A stretch of DNA of 64,000 nucleotides from Histomonas meleagridis 2922-C6/04-290x (Eukaryota > Protista > Parabasalia), in assembly GCA_020184695.1 (NCBI GenBank), contig JAANOX010000150.1, positions 62,001 through 126,000 of the forward strand. The letters are read 5' to 3'. Below the pieces are notes generated by a model that was not told the origin of the DNA, made no database searches, and worked only from the letters and a program-made list of their open reading frames with translations. This document shows positions 10,381-20,360 of the stretch, piece by piece. Made by a program: the position numbers and the translations under genes. Positions within the stretch are counted from its first letter, which is position 1, and the number at the start of each line of letters is the position of its first letter.

Positions 10381-10953
10381 TTCTCAAATTAAGAGGAAAA
10401 CAGAAAATAGTGACGTTTGGGTTGAAGGACAGCCTGTTTCTCAAACTAAATCCACTGCCAATGTGATATTAACATCTGATTTCAACATTGGTGCTAATTT
10501 AAAACGATTTTCATCAAAAATTCTCACAGAAGAAGATATTAATCTTTTACAAAACGGTGCACCCGTCAACTCTGAGCTTTCGCTTGATGAATGGCGCTAT
10601 GCGAATTGCTTGTCCGCAAGTTACACTGAATATTTCGTTGACAAGTTTCAAAGTCCTGATTTTATTCACAATTTCGAAATAGAAATGCCAACCAACATTC
10701 TAGCAGATATACGAGCAAGAACTCCTTATATTACACCCACTCAAAGTAACGATCTCCTCGAAGAAATCAGCATTGACACAAATTAAAATTGTTTAAACGT
10801 TAATACAGCTCTTTATTTTTTTCAGAAGCTTAATCATGTGCAAATTATTTTTTTGTTAATTTCAAAATTTTGAAATTAATTTTGAGATTTACTTTGAACA
10901 TTGTTTCATAAAAAAAGCGTATATAAACAAACAAAACTTTATTGATATTACAT

Positions 10954-11340
10954 TTAACGAACCAAAACATTGATAATAACATGATCGATCGAGGGACGTG
11001 GAATTTCAAACCTTATGTTTTTCTTCTTTGCAACAAATTCTTTGTTTTTCTTTATTACATAAGACCCTAGTGCTTTTGCAGCTTTTTTGGTTCTTGTTTT
11101 TTGAATTGGAAGTATAAGCAAACCTAATAACCCAAAGCTTGAGACCACCATAACAACATATAACCAAACTGGGAAAAATGCTGTTTTTAATATATCATTT
11201 AAAGATAAAAGAATTTGTTTCCATTCTTGTTCTGGAATTATTTCATTAATTGATGTATAAGAAACCCACTCTACTCGAGGGCAAAAGAAGATACCTCTTC
11301 CATTATATTGTATTGCTATTATTTTCTCTTGTCTTTTCAT
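10954..11340 (-). CDS. Small protein, possibly GOLGA7/Erf4-like
   Basis: IIPEQEWKQILLSLNDIL, then a hydrophobic stretch, then a basic helix; resemblance by eye only. Confidence 0.5.
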   Translation of the reverse strand: MKRQEKIIAIQYNGRGIFFCPRVEWVSYTSINEIIPEQEWKQILLSLNDILKTAFFPVWLYVVMVVSSFGLLGLLILPIQKTRTKKAAKALGSYVIKKNKEFVAKKKNIRFEIPRPSIDHVIINVLVR

Positions 11341-11667
11341 TTTCTACTCCCTAAAATTCGGGGCGCCCTGAAAAATATCAAGAAAAAAGTCAAATTCGTT
11401 AAATCATAAAACAAGTTTTCTACCTAAATTGTATGTATAGCTGCGTATTTAGTAATCCTGGTTAAGTGTTTTACAAATGTCTTTTGATGAATAAAAATTT
11501 TTCATCAATAATTCAATGCCTAAAACCTTTCCAAAGAAAGCTGTGTAATTCCAACTTACGCGCACAATTCACTTAAAGTTCAGTTGTTTGGTCAAAAAAA
11601 TACGAAAATAAAAATTCATGAAATGTTTATAAATGATTTCATGTGATTTGATCTCACTCACTCTATA

Positions 11668-13509
11668 TTATTTCTTTTGTTGATTCTTAGCGTTTGGTGC
11701 TGAAGCCGTTCTTCTTTGTGGCAAATATTTTCTTAAGAATTGGAATTCGCGTAACACATCTAATGTTGTTGTTCTATTCCACATATTTAATTTTAGCTCT
11801 GTAGGAGGTATCTCTAGTACCTGGTTTTCTACCAATTCCAATTTTTCAAATCCAGGAATGAACATAACGTTCAATTTCTTTGCAAGTTGTTTAAATGGTA
11901 TATCATCTTGCATTATTTCGTCCTTTTTAGTATTCATTAGTATGTACGCGACTGTACCTTTTTTTAGACTTGGGCAAACAGATTGTAAAATTTCATCATT
12001 TTTAGATTTTGGTGAAAGGTTTGGAATCATTAAGATAAGTCCTGTGATTTGCTTTAAATAATTTAATTTCTTTTCTACGCATTGTTCGAAAGCAGTTGCA
12101 AACGAATGCCATAAAATAACGTTGGAGAACGTTAATCTGTTTGGATTTGACAGAACTCTGTTCGAGAGTTTGACATCAAGCAACGAAACAAAGACATCAA
12201 ACATAAAGGAGTTGATAGATGAGGTGAACCCTAAACTCGCCCTCACAATATCGAATACCTCCTGAAAATCTGCTAACAAACTGTCGACTTCGAACTTTGC
12301 TTGGATGAAACGATTGGAAAGAATTTCGAAATTAGTTAACATCGGAAATACTATTTCTCTTGTTTGGATGTTGATGATGTTTTCAAGCCTCTTAAGAAAA
12401 TCTTTTGTATATGACTTACTGTTCTTTTCTTTTCGAGGATTTAGTTGGATTAAAAGATATAATGTTATATGTGTTAATAGCTTCGATTCATTATCTGTTT
12501 TCATTGACAATGGAGCATTTTTGTATTTGTCGAAGAATAAATCGGCAAATTGCTTATACTCATTTTTATCTGTTTCTTTCAATAAGATCCCGGACTCTAA
12601 AATAAGGCCATAGATTGGAAACACTGCAGGTGGTAATTCGAGTTTACGATCTGAATCTAAATATGAAGGATTTGACGATTGTGAAAATCTTTGCATCAGT
12701 AATTTGGGCATTAAAGCCATAATGCGGGCAAATCGCTGTTCCTTTGTTTCTTGCTTCATTGGTACAATTTTCTCCTTTTCTTTCTCTTTTTCTTCGGAAT
12801 TTGGAGATTGTGATTCATCTTCAACTGCTGTTGTTGGTGAAGCTTCACTTGTTTTGCGTGCTCTGGATACTTTACGACGTCGTTTTGTTTCAGTGTTAGA
12901 TGTATTTTTAGTATTAATATTTGATGAATCTCCTTTAGGTGATTGAGCTCGATCATCGCCACCAGAATTATCAACTTCTTCATCACTGTATTCGATAAGG
13001 TCAGCATAACTATTGCTTTCCTCTTCAGAATTTGTTTGATTAACTTGTTCTGGTGTAGTTTCTGGGACAACGGGTTCGCTTGGTACTACATCTTGTGGTT
13101 TACTAATGATATCGAACTGACATGAAAGATTAAGAAATGGTGGAATTGAGCGATTTGTACTCATTCCAATTGTAAAGTCTGTCTCTTTCGAATTAATACG
13201 TTTTCCAATGTCAAGGACAAGTTTACCATAGATCTTTGGAGTATTATCGGGAGTATATCGATGAAGAACAATAATAATGTTTTTTTGTTTAACAACACCA
13301 TTAGATTTACTGACTGTGAAAGTTCGACGTGCTTTACATTCACAATTAAAATAAAGTTCTCCTTTGGAATCTGGGCGAACATATTTGGATTCGACAGTTG
13401 TCTTTCCATTTCGGCACGTTATTATAAACCCGCTATCGAGTTGACGACGGATGGAAACTGATTTGAGAACAATGAGGACATCAGCTACGATTTTGCCTTT
13501 TTTGGACAT
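11668..13509 (-). CDS. N-terminal C2 (NT-C2-like) plus C-terminal Dilute (DIL)-like domain protein
   Basis: Beta-rich N-terminus ending YGKLVLDIG; acidic/Ser linker; LNYLKQITGLIL...ILQSVCPSL resembles the DIL domain. Confidence 0.65.
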   Translation of the reverse strand: MSKKGKIVADVLIVLKSVSIRRQLDSGFIITCRNGKTTVESKYVRPDSKGELYFNCECKARRTFTVSKSNGVVKQKNIIIVLHRYTPDNTPKIYGKLVLDIGKRINSKETDFTIGMSTNRSIPPFLNLSCQFDIISKPQDVVPSEPVVPETTPEQVNQTNSEEESNSYADLIEYSDEEVDNSGGDDRAQSPKGDSSNINTKNTSNTETKRRRKVSRARKTSEASPTTAVEDESQSPNSEEKEKEKEKIVPMKQETKEQRFARIMALMPKLLMQRFSQSSNPSYLDSDRKLELPPAVFPIYGLILESGILLKETDKNEYKQFADLFFDKYKNAPLSMKTDNESKLLTHITLYLLIQLNPRKEKNSKSYTKDFLKRLENIINIQTREIVFPMLTNFEILSNRFIQAKFEVDSLLADFQEVFDIVRASLGFTSSINSFMFDVFVSLLDVKLSNRVLSNPNRLTFSNVILWHSFATAFEQCVEKKLNYLKQITGLILMIPNLSPKSKNDEILQSVCPSLKKGTVAYILMNTKKDEIMQDDIPFKQLAKKLNVMFIPGFEKLELVENQVLEIPPTELKLNMWNRTTTLDVLREFQFLRKYLPQRRTASAPNAKNQQKK

Positions 13510-13689
13510 TTATCTTCGGTGACCGTTTATTTCAATACAAAACTTTTCTATGGATTGAACGACGATGTTTACTTTTCAATTGAAAAGCCGCAGAAAAAAA
13601 AAAAGGAAATTGAGTTTATCAAGAATTTGAAAAATATGGACAATGTCCAGGCAATTTTAAATAAAATATAGTTTAATTTTATGAACCAA

Positions 13690-13995
13690 CATTACTGCAC
13701 TTGAGGTTTTCCAAAATCATCTAAAAAATCCATAAAAAATTGATAACTAATAATTTTGGAAAATTTCAAAATAATATTCGGGAATTATCAAAAATATTTA
13801 ATTTAATAATTTGATATTTCATAATAATATTTGGAAATTATTTTATTTATTTAAAATAGCACTTATAGTGGCATCTGAAAAAGGTTACACTGAAATAATT
13901 AAATTATTTACTGAACAAAAAGGGATTGATATCAATGTTAAATACATTTATTTGTTTTATTTCAAATTCTGCATCGAATAATAACTCAAATTTAT
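13690..13995 (+). pseudogene. Solo intact 90-nt ankyrin cassette with flanking 20-nt-period spacer sequence
   Basis: 13856-13945 encodes IALIVASEKGYTEIIKLFTEQKGIDINVKY; motif-like copies start at 13772, 13792, 13812 and 13832; the last (TGGAAATT) ends 16 nt before the unit. Confidence 0.75.
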
Positions 13996-15043
13996 TTGAT
14001 GTCCATTCTTTTTTCTTTGTTAACAATGCAATGCATTGTTTCATATTCCATTACTTTTCAGCTTATGTGTTGTCCCGTTATTTATTTTGTTCAATTGGAT
14101 TTTGATTTGAATTTATGAAAAGCATTGATAAAAGGTGTTGATACAAAGAAAATATCACCAATAGCAAGAAGAGGAATAATAGATATAAAACTATCATCAA
14201 TAAGCTCTTTAGATATTAACTTTTGTATTCTGATTTGGATGTTCTCATTTGCTTGTTGCTGATTTGTGGCAAATGGAAAAAAAGATCTTCTTTGGTGAGA
14301 ACATGATATAAAACACTAAGAAATTACTATTTTTAGGTGATTTTCGTGGCTTCTCTGGAAGTGCTGGTAAATCTAATGAAACTAAAATTTGGGAAATTAA
14401 TGGCCTTTTTAAAATAACAGCATTGCGATTAGATGGATGATTTGGAACAACTTTCTTGATTTTGCTGAGTGAATATTCATAAATGTCATTTAAAATTGTC
14501 CAAACAAGTTCTGGTAGGGGTGCATTTTCACATGAATTTTTCAAATGATTAATGGTTCGATCTTTTATGGATTTGTAACTTTAGTTGATATACCATATTT
14601 AGAAGCTATAAAGTTTAATAACATGTATTAAAATGAATAAGATTACTAAATTAGAAATTATGAAGGTTTATTTTAACTAAAAGAGACCATTAAATATAAA
14701 TTTTAGGGAAAAAAAATAATTTGTAATGAAAAAATCAATTATAAAAATTGTATCCAAATTCCACTAATGGATTTGATGTATACACATGGGATATCCAAAA
14801 ACATATTTTCAAATGAACAATTTTTAATAATTATCTGTACAGATTTTTAGATAAAAATTTATATGGAAATTCATTGTAATTACAAGATTTATATAAATAT
14901 ATTTTAAATTACAATTATAAACTCATATATACTTGATTCATGGTATTTTCTGTGATCAAGTTTGGATTTTGACCATGTAAAGCCTAATTACCTGCGTATA
15001 AATAAAGTAAACAAAATATTCGTCAGACGCAAAATTTCTGTGA

Positions 15044-15523
15044 TTATTTTGAGTTTCGATGTGTGCCAAGTGTTAAATATAATTTTTGCGTACGTGTACG
15101 CGTGGATGGTGAAACTAGAAGGTTTGGAGATGCTGCTTGATTAAAAATGCGCTCTTCTTCAATCTTTTCCTCATGAACACGTTGTGCTGTAGGTGACCTA
15201 TAAAATCGAGTTGGCCCCTTGAGCTCTTGTGTTGGTAAAATGTAGTTTCGTACTGGAAATGGTGCTGGACGTATTTCTTTCCTTTGAACTTCGTTCGTTG
15301 TTTTAATTTTTCTTCTGCTGATTCTTGATGTGTGAACAGTATGAGATATTGTTTTTGGTTCCCTTTTTGTGAATTTTGTTGTTCTTTTTGCATTTTTATC
15401 AAGTTCTTTGTATTGTGCTTCTACAACCCGAAGACGTTGCCTCTGTTCAACAACACTCTTTCCATAGTCATCACAGGAATCTTCCATGGACTGAAGGAAA
15501 GAGTTTATTTTCTTCGAGTTCAT
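15044..15523 (-). CDS. Hypothetical basic coiled-coil protein
   Basis: 159-aa ATG-initiated ORF with plausible composition; no family recognised. Confidence 0.6.
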   Translation of the reverse strand: MNSKKINSFLQSMEDSCDDYGKSVVEQRQRLRVVEAQYKELDKNAKRTTKFTKREPKTISHTVHTSRISRRKIKTTNEVQRKEIRPAPFPVRNYILPTQELKGPTRFYRSPTAQRVHEEKIEEERIFNQAASPNLLVSPSTRTRTQKLYLTLGTHRNSK

Positions 15524-15683
15524 TGTGCAACGGGTTTGGGGCGCCCTGATTGTTGATTTTTTTCATAAATATTTATTTACATAATTCTCACGAATAATCC
15601 AAAATTAAATAATGAAAGAAGGAAAATTATACAATTTATATATCAAAAGTAATTTATATAAAATCCATTTATTAACCACAAAA

Positions 15684-16573
15684 TTATATTTTTGCAATGA
15701 ATGGCACTCCTTTTTGATTTTTCTTGAAATGCAGCTTTAATTTCCCTGTTTCCATATTCCATACTCTGCAAATGTTATCTGTTCCTCCAGTTCACACTGT
15801 GAGTGAATCATGATTTGTAAATGTTATGTCCCATACTCAATTTGTCTGATTCTTATCTGCAAAAATATTTACACCTTTGTCTAACGACCATATTTTAGCT
15901 GTGGAATCTGGACGAAGATGTGGCAAATAGTCTTCCGCAAGATTTGCTGCAACACGTGTGATGAACGCATTATGTTCACGAAAACGACGAAGCTCAACGA
16001 TGATCTGGAGCATTGGTGGTAATAACAACAATTCCATATTGGCAGCCAACAATTACGTCATTATCGTGATTTGAAGGAACAATTGATTTGATTGGATTTT
16101 GCGAAATGCTAGATGAAACAAGCTGTTTGCCATTTAGTGGACTCCAGACTTCAATCTTGCCTTTTTCATCTCCTAAAACAACAAGCATGTTAGCACAAAT
16201 TAGACAAATCGTATTGATAATGAATCCACTCGTAAAAGAGAAAATGAGACGCAAATAAGATGAAACTCATTTTTTTTTTCAGGTTTTGTCTTCACTACAT
16301 GAATAAAATTGTTTCCAATCGAAAAATCAATCAGCCACATTTTTTATCATGTCCTTGAAGAATCTACTGTGGCCATTGGTTTTGGCATTTCTTTTTTTGT
16401 AAAGAAATATAAATGAATTTGCTGTAAAAGGTAATCATCAATCAATTTGATAATAAACTTCGTGAAGGGCGAATTTAGCTGTCGAGAAAGAAATGGAAGG
16501 ACTTTTACTTATAGCAGTCACCTAAATCATATGAAGCAGAAACAAGAAATAGGGGATTTTTCTCAATTTTCAT
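15684..16573 (-). pseudogene. LST8: LST8/GbetaL-like WD40 gene, multiply frameshifted
   Basis: Fragments in LST8 order across different frames: FLVSASYD; QGHDK; LGDEKGKIEVW; FREHNAFITRV...DSTAKIWSLD; GTDNICRVWNMETGK...NQKG. Confidence 0.65.
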
Positions 16574-16838
16574 TTTCAGTTAAAATGCCAGACAGTTAAA
16601 TTGAATGAATAAACCATTGAGAGTCAAATTTGACCGAAAAACGACCATTCATGCATTCAAATTCATAAACCAATTAAAACTTTTTAATATGCTAAATGGT
16701 CGTTTTTATTATTTGGTGACTATGAAGAGAAGCGGTTTCACCTTTTTGAACCACGTGACAACGTTTTAACGATAAAATCAAGCTCAAATTCATGTCATCT
16801 GCCGCTTAAACCTCTTTTTGCTGTCAAATGCCATTGTT

Positions 16839-17390
16839 ATGTTTTCTTGTTTCTTACTTGCATTCCTTATTACTAACAAACACGATGTCACATTAGAACA
16901 AAACAAAATCAACTGGAAGGGTATCTGGAATGGTCTCAAGAAAGTTGTTAATTTCCTCTCAAAACTTTTCGATCTTATTGAGGAAAGCTTCGAAGAAAAT
17001 GAAGATGGTGAACTCTACTTTAATGGATACAAGGTTGTCGATATGAAGTTTGGAGATAGTGATGAACCAGAAGAAATTGTTCTTGAAAATGACTTAGGAA
17101 TCAAGATCTGCATAATGCCAAAGATTGTTGACTTTGGTAATATTGAAGAACTTCCAGATAACAAATGGAACTGGAGCAAGATCTGGAATATTGTTAAGAA
17201 GGTTATTCTCTTCGTTGCTGACCTTATCCAATCCAACAACCTCACGTTATCTGAAGAAGACAGTGGAGATGTTGTTTCACTTGGTGATTACACTCTTACT
17301 GATGTCAATGTTGATGAACTCGGAGCTCCTCATGGTTTCACACTTGAAAATGCAGCTGGCAATAGCATTCAAATCATTATTATGATGTAA
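16839..17390 (+). CDS. Secreted protein with two tandem repeats, each a Trp/Lys amphipathic helix followed by an acidic region
   Basis: Signal-like MFSCFLLAFLI; NKINWKGIWNGLKKVVNFL versus NKWNWSKIWNIVKKVILFV; both halves end LEN-x-x-G-x-x-I-x-I. Confidence 0.8.
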   Translation: MFSCFLLAFLITNKHDVTLEQNKINWKGIWNGLKKVVNFLSKLFDLIEESFEENEDGELYFNGYKVVDMKFGDSDEPEEIVLENDLGIKICIMPKIVDFGNIEELPDNKWNWSKIWNIVKKVILFVADLIQSNNLTLSEEDSGDVVSLGDYTLTDVNVDELGAPHGFTLENAAGNSIQIIIMM

Positions 17391-17556
17391 CTGCGAATAG
17401 TAAAATTTCAACTTTTATTTATGTTTGATTTGTTCAAATGGTCAAATTCGGATAAACTATTGATTTTTTCAATTAAAATGCGAAAGTACTGAAATGTATT
17501 AAATTTTTGTGATCGTTTAATTTTAAATGGCCGACCACTTAAAATACTTAACAAAA

Positions 17557-19782
17557 ATGTCTGTAATTGGAATTGATTTTGGAAATGAAAATTGTCTTGT
17601 AGCAATACCTCAGCACGGTTCAGTGGATGTCGTTTTAAATGAGGTTTCACAACGATTAACACCAACAATGGTTGCATATTCCGAAAATCGAAGATATTCT
17701 GGCGTTTTTGCATCACAACAACTAATGCAAAATATTAACTCCACTGTTAATCAAATTAAACAATTGGTAGGACTTCGCTGGGATTCACCAAAACGTGAAG
17801 AGATCCAAAGTCAAATCAGCTACGAACTAGCTCCACTTACCAATGGTTTTGTAGGTGTTAAAGTTAATTATCTAAATAATCCAACCATATTTGGTGTTGA
17901 GCAAGTTCTTGCATTTTTATTTCGAGGTTTATTTATTATTGCACAAAAAAATAAAGTATTTACAGACCAATGTGTTATAGTTGTTTCTCCTTGGTGGGGC
18001 GAAATGGAACGCCGAATTATTATGGATTCTGCCAAAATTGCAGGTTTTCATATACTTAATTTATTGAATTCAACAACAGCAGAAGCAATCACATATGCAA
18101 TGACACATCGAACAAAGCTTCCAGCGGAAGAAAAGGATGCACTTAATGCTGCTTTCATCGACTTTGGTGATTGTTCAATGAATGTAGCAATTGTCAAATT
18201 ATTCCAAGGATCAGTTGAAGTCAAAGGGTTTGCTTGCGATCCACAGCTTGGTGGATCATATTTTACAGCTCCTCTTGTTGGATATCTCCGACAAAAGACC
18301 ATTGATAAATACAAAATTGATCCTGCCTCAAATCCGAGAGCTATGTTACGTTTTGTTTCATCTGTTGAGAAGCTTAAAAAGTCTCTTTCTATTAACCCTG
18401 TCATTCCATTTGAAGTTCAATTAAATGATATTGATGTACATTTCCATGTCAAGCGTACAGAGTTTGAAGATCAAATCAAAGATCTCTTGTCACGTATTCC
18501 TATGCCCATTGAACAAGCCATTAAAAACGCCAATTTAAGCATGGACGATTTGTCAATAATTGAAGTTCATGGAGGAGCGTCACGTGTACCTTTAGTCAAA
18601 ACTAAGATAAACGAAATCTTTAAGAAACAGCCAACTCAATCCCTTAATCCTGACGAGTGCTTTGCCCTTGGCGCGGGATTCCAAGCTGCCATTTTATCTC
18701 CACAATTTCGAGTTTCGCTCAATGTACAAGAAATGGCTCATTGTAGCGTCATGATCAAATGGGAGGACCCAACGACAAACGAAACCAATGATAAAGAACT
18801 ATTCCAAGCTTTCCAACCAATACCTTCTACGAAGATTGTTCCTATCAAAGTTATATCTTCAATAGATGTTGTCATTTATACAGCAGAATATGAACTAGGA
18901 CATGTAGAGATACAAACCAAATCAGAGGAACTGCAAACTGTGCGTCTGAAAGTTCGATTAACACCAGATGGAATTGTTGATGTAATCGGAGCAACTGTAC
19001 GGGTGCCCAAACCGGCCGAACCTGACAAAAACAATGACAACAACGACGCCAAAGGTTCGGACAATGAAAATGCCAAAGATAAGCAAATCGAAAAATCCGT
19101 TAAATTCACATATAAACCTTATTTTGGCCTTCCCGCGGAAGAAATCGATGAATATATTAAGCAAGAAAAGCGTATGCGAGAAATTGATATAAATGAGATA
19201 AAGATCGATGAGGCCAAAAATGAACTTGAAAGTTATATATTCCAACTCGAGACGGCCATTGAACGTGATTACACTGATTTCTTTTCTCCTGAGCACATTG
19301 ATGAATATCGGTCATTATTATCAAATATTCGCGATTGGTTCAGTGAAAACGAATTTGAGCGTCAGCCACTCAACGAATATAACTCTCGACTTGACGCGCT
19401 GCGATCTATTGGCGAACCTGCACTAAAGCGTAAAAACTTCAGAGAGCGAATTCCAATGATCGAAGAAAACATCAAAAGGAGAATCGAAAACGACATGCAA
19501 AAGTTGCAAGAAAACGCGGAAATTAGTGACGAGGATAAAGAGAAATTAATGAATGAAATCAATGAATATGTGGAATGGTTCCAAATAAAGTTGCAAGAAG
19601 CGGAGGAAACGCCGCTGCACATGGAAATCAACTTTAACACTGACGAAGTCGAAACGAAATTATACAGAATCGAACAGAAAATAGAAAAATTAATACCGAA
19701 GCAAAAGGAGGAAAAGGAAGAAGAAGAAACGAAGAAAGACCAAAATGAAAATGAAAACGAAAACAAAGAAAATGATGTGTAA
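17557..19782 (+). CDS. Hsp110/Sse-type Hsp70-family chaperone
   Basis: VIGIDFGNENCLVA, IEVHGGASRVP, LNPDECFALG, DEAKNELESYIF. Confidence 0.9.
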   Translation: MSVIGIDFGNENCLVAIPQHGSVDVVLNEVSQRLTPTMVAYSENRRYSGVFASQQLMQNINSTVNQIKQLVGLRWDSPKREEIQSQISYELAPLTNGFVGVKVNYLNNPTIFGVEQVLAFLFRGLFIIAQKNKVFTDQCVIVVSPWWGEMERRIIMDSAKIAGFHILNLLNSTTAEAITYAMTHRTKLPAEEKDALNAAFIDFGDCSMNVAIVKLFQGSVEVKGFACDPQLGGSYFTAPLVGYLRQKTIDKYKIDPASNPRAMLRFVSSVEKLKKSLSINPVIPFEVQLNDIDVHFHVKRTEFEDQIKDLLSRIPMPIEQAIKNANLSMDDLSIIEVHGGASRVPLVKTKINEIFKKQPTQSLNPDECFALGAGFQAAILSPQFRVSLNVQEMAHCSVMIKWEDPTTNETNDKELFQAFQPIPSTKIVPIKVISSIDVVIYTAEYELGHVEIQTKSEELQTVRLKVRLTPDGIVDVIGATVRVPKPAEPDKNNDNNDAKGSDNENAKDKQIEKSVKFTYKPYFGLPAEEIDEYIKQEKRMREIDINEIKIDEAKNELESYIFQLETAIERDYTDFFSPEHIDEYRSLLSNIRDWFSENEFERQPLNEYNSRLDALRSIGEPALKRKNFRERIPMIEENIKRRIENDMQKLQENAEISDEDKEKLMNEINEYVEWFQIKLQEAEETPLHMEINFNTDEVETKLYRIEQKIEKLIPKQKEEKEEEETKKDQNENENENKENDV

Positions 19783-20360
19783 GTAATGTAATAGATAAAT
19801 AAAAATTTATAAAATTTTAAATTTATTTTTATAATCGAAATGTTAATGTTCGCTAATTATTTGTTTGTTTCTATCATTGTAATTTGTCAACAGCCAAATT
19901 AAATGATTCTTGGGTTGTTAAAAAATAAAAATATTGACATTTTATCATAGAATCGTGGTTTGTTATTTATTCCAAATAATTATATGAAATCTTGATTTTT
20001 TTGAATTTATGATATGATAATTTTCGTGACATTTTAATGATGTACTTATTTAACCTGATTAATAATTTATAATATACGTGGTCCAACCCACCAAAGGACT
20101 TGGAAAGTAAAAAAGAACATGCAATATCTCACCTAGTACCTCAGTATGTTAGATAGTTATGTTGATATCATAGATGACAACGTTGGTTTGGAAGATAATA
20201 AATCGCAATTTGTCTATTTTTTTTTTTATTTATTCTTCAACTCTCAATTCATATTCTAATTCTGTTTATAAAGAGCATTATTCCTGTTATCGTGTCTTTG
20301 TTACTCAAACAAGTGAAAACATGCTTGATTTTCCCGATTTATAATTTAAACGGTCGTTTA

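Noticed and set aside
10306-10786. Open frame on the plus strand (107-aa ORF in the track)
   Set aside because: No ATG start, no recognisable family, overlaps a minus-strand pseudogene; possibly a gene fragment
14000-14544. 99-aa ORF on the minus strand with a frameshifted continuation
   Set aside because: No recognisable homology; cannot distinguish a decayed gene from noise
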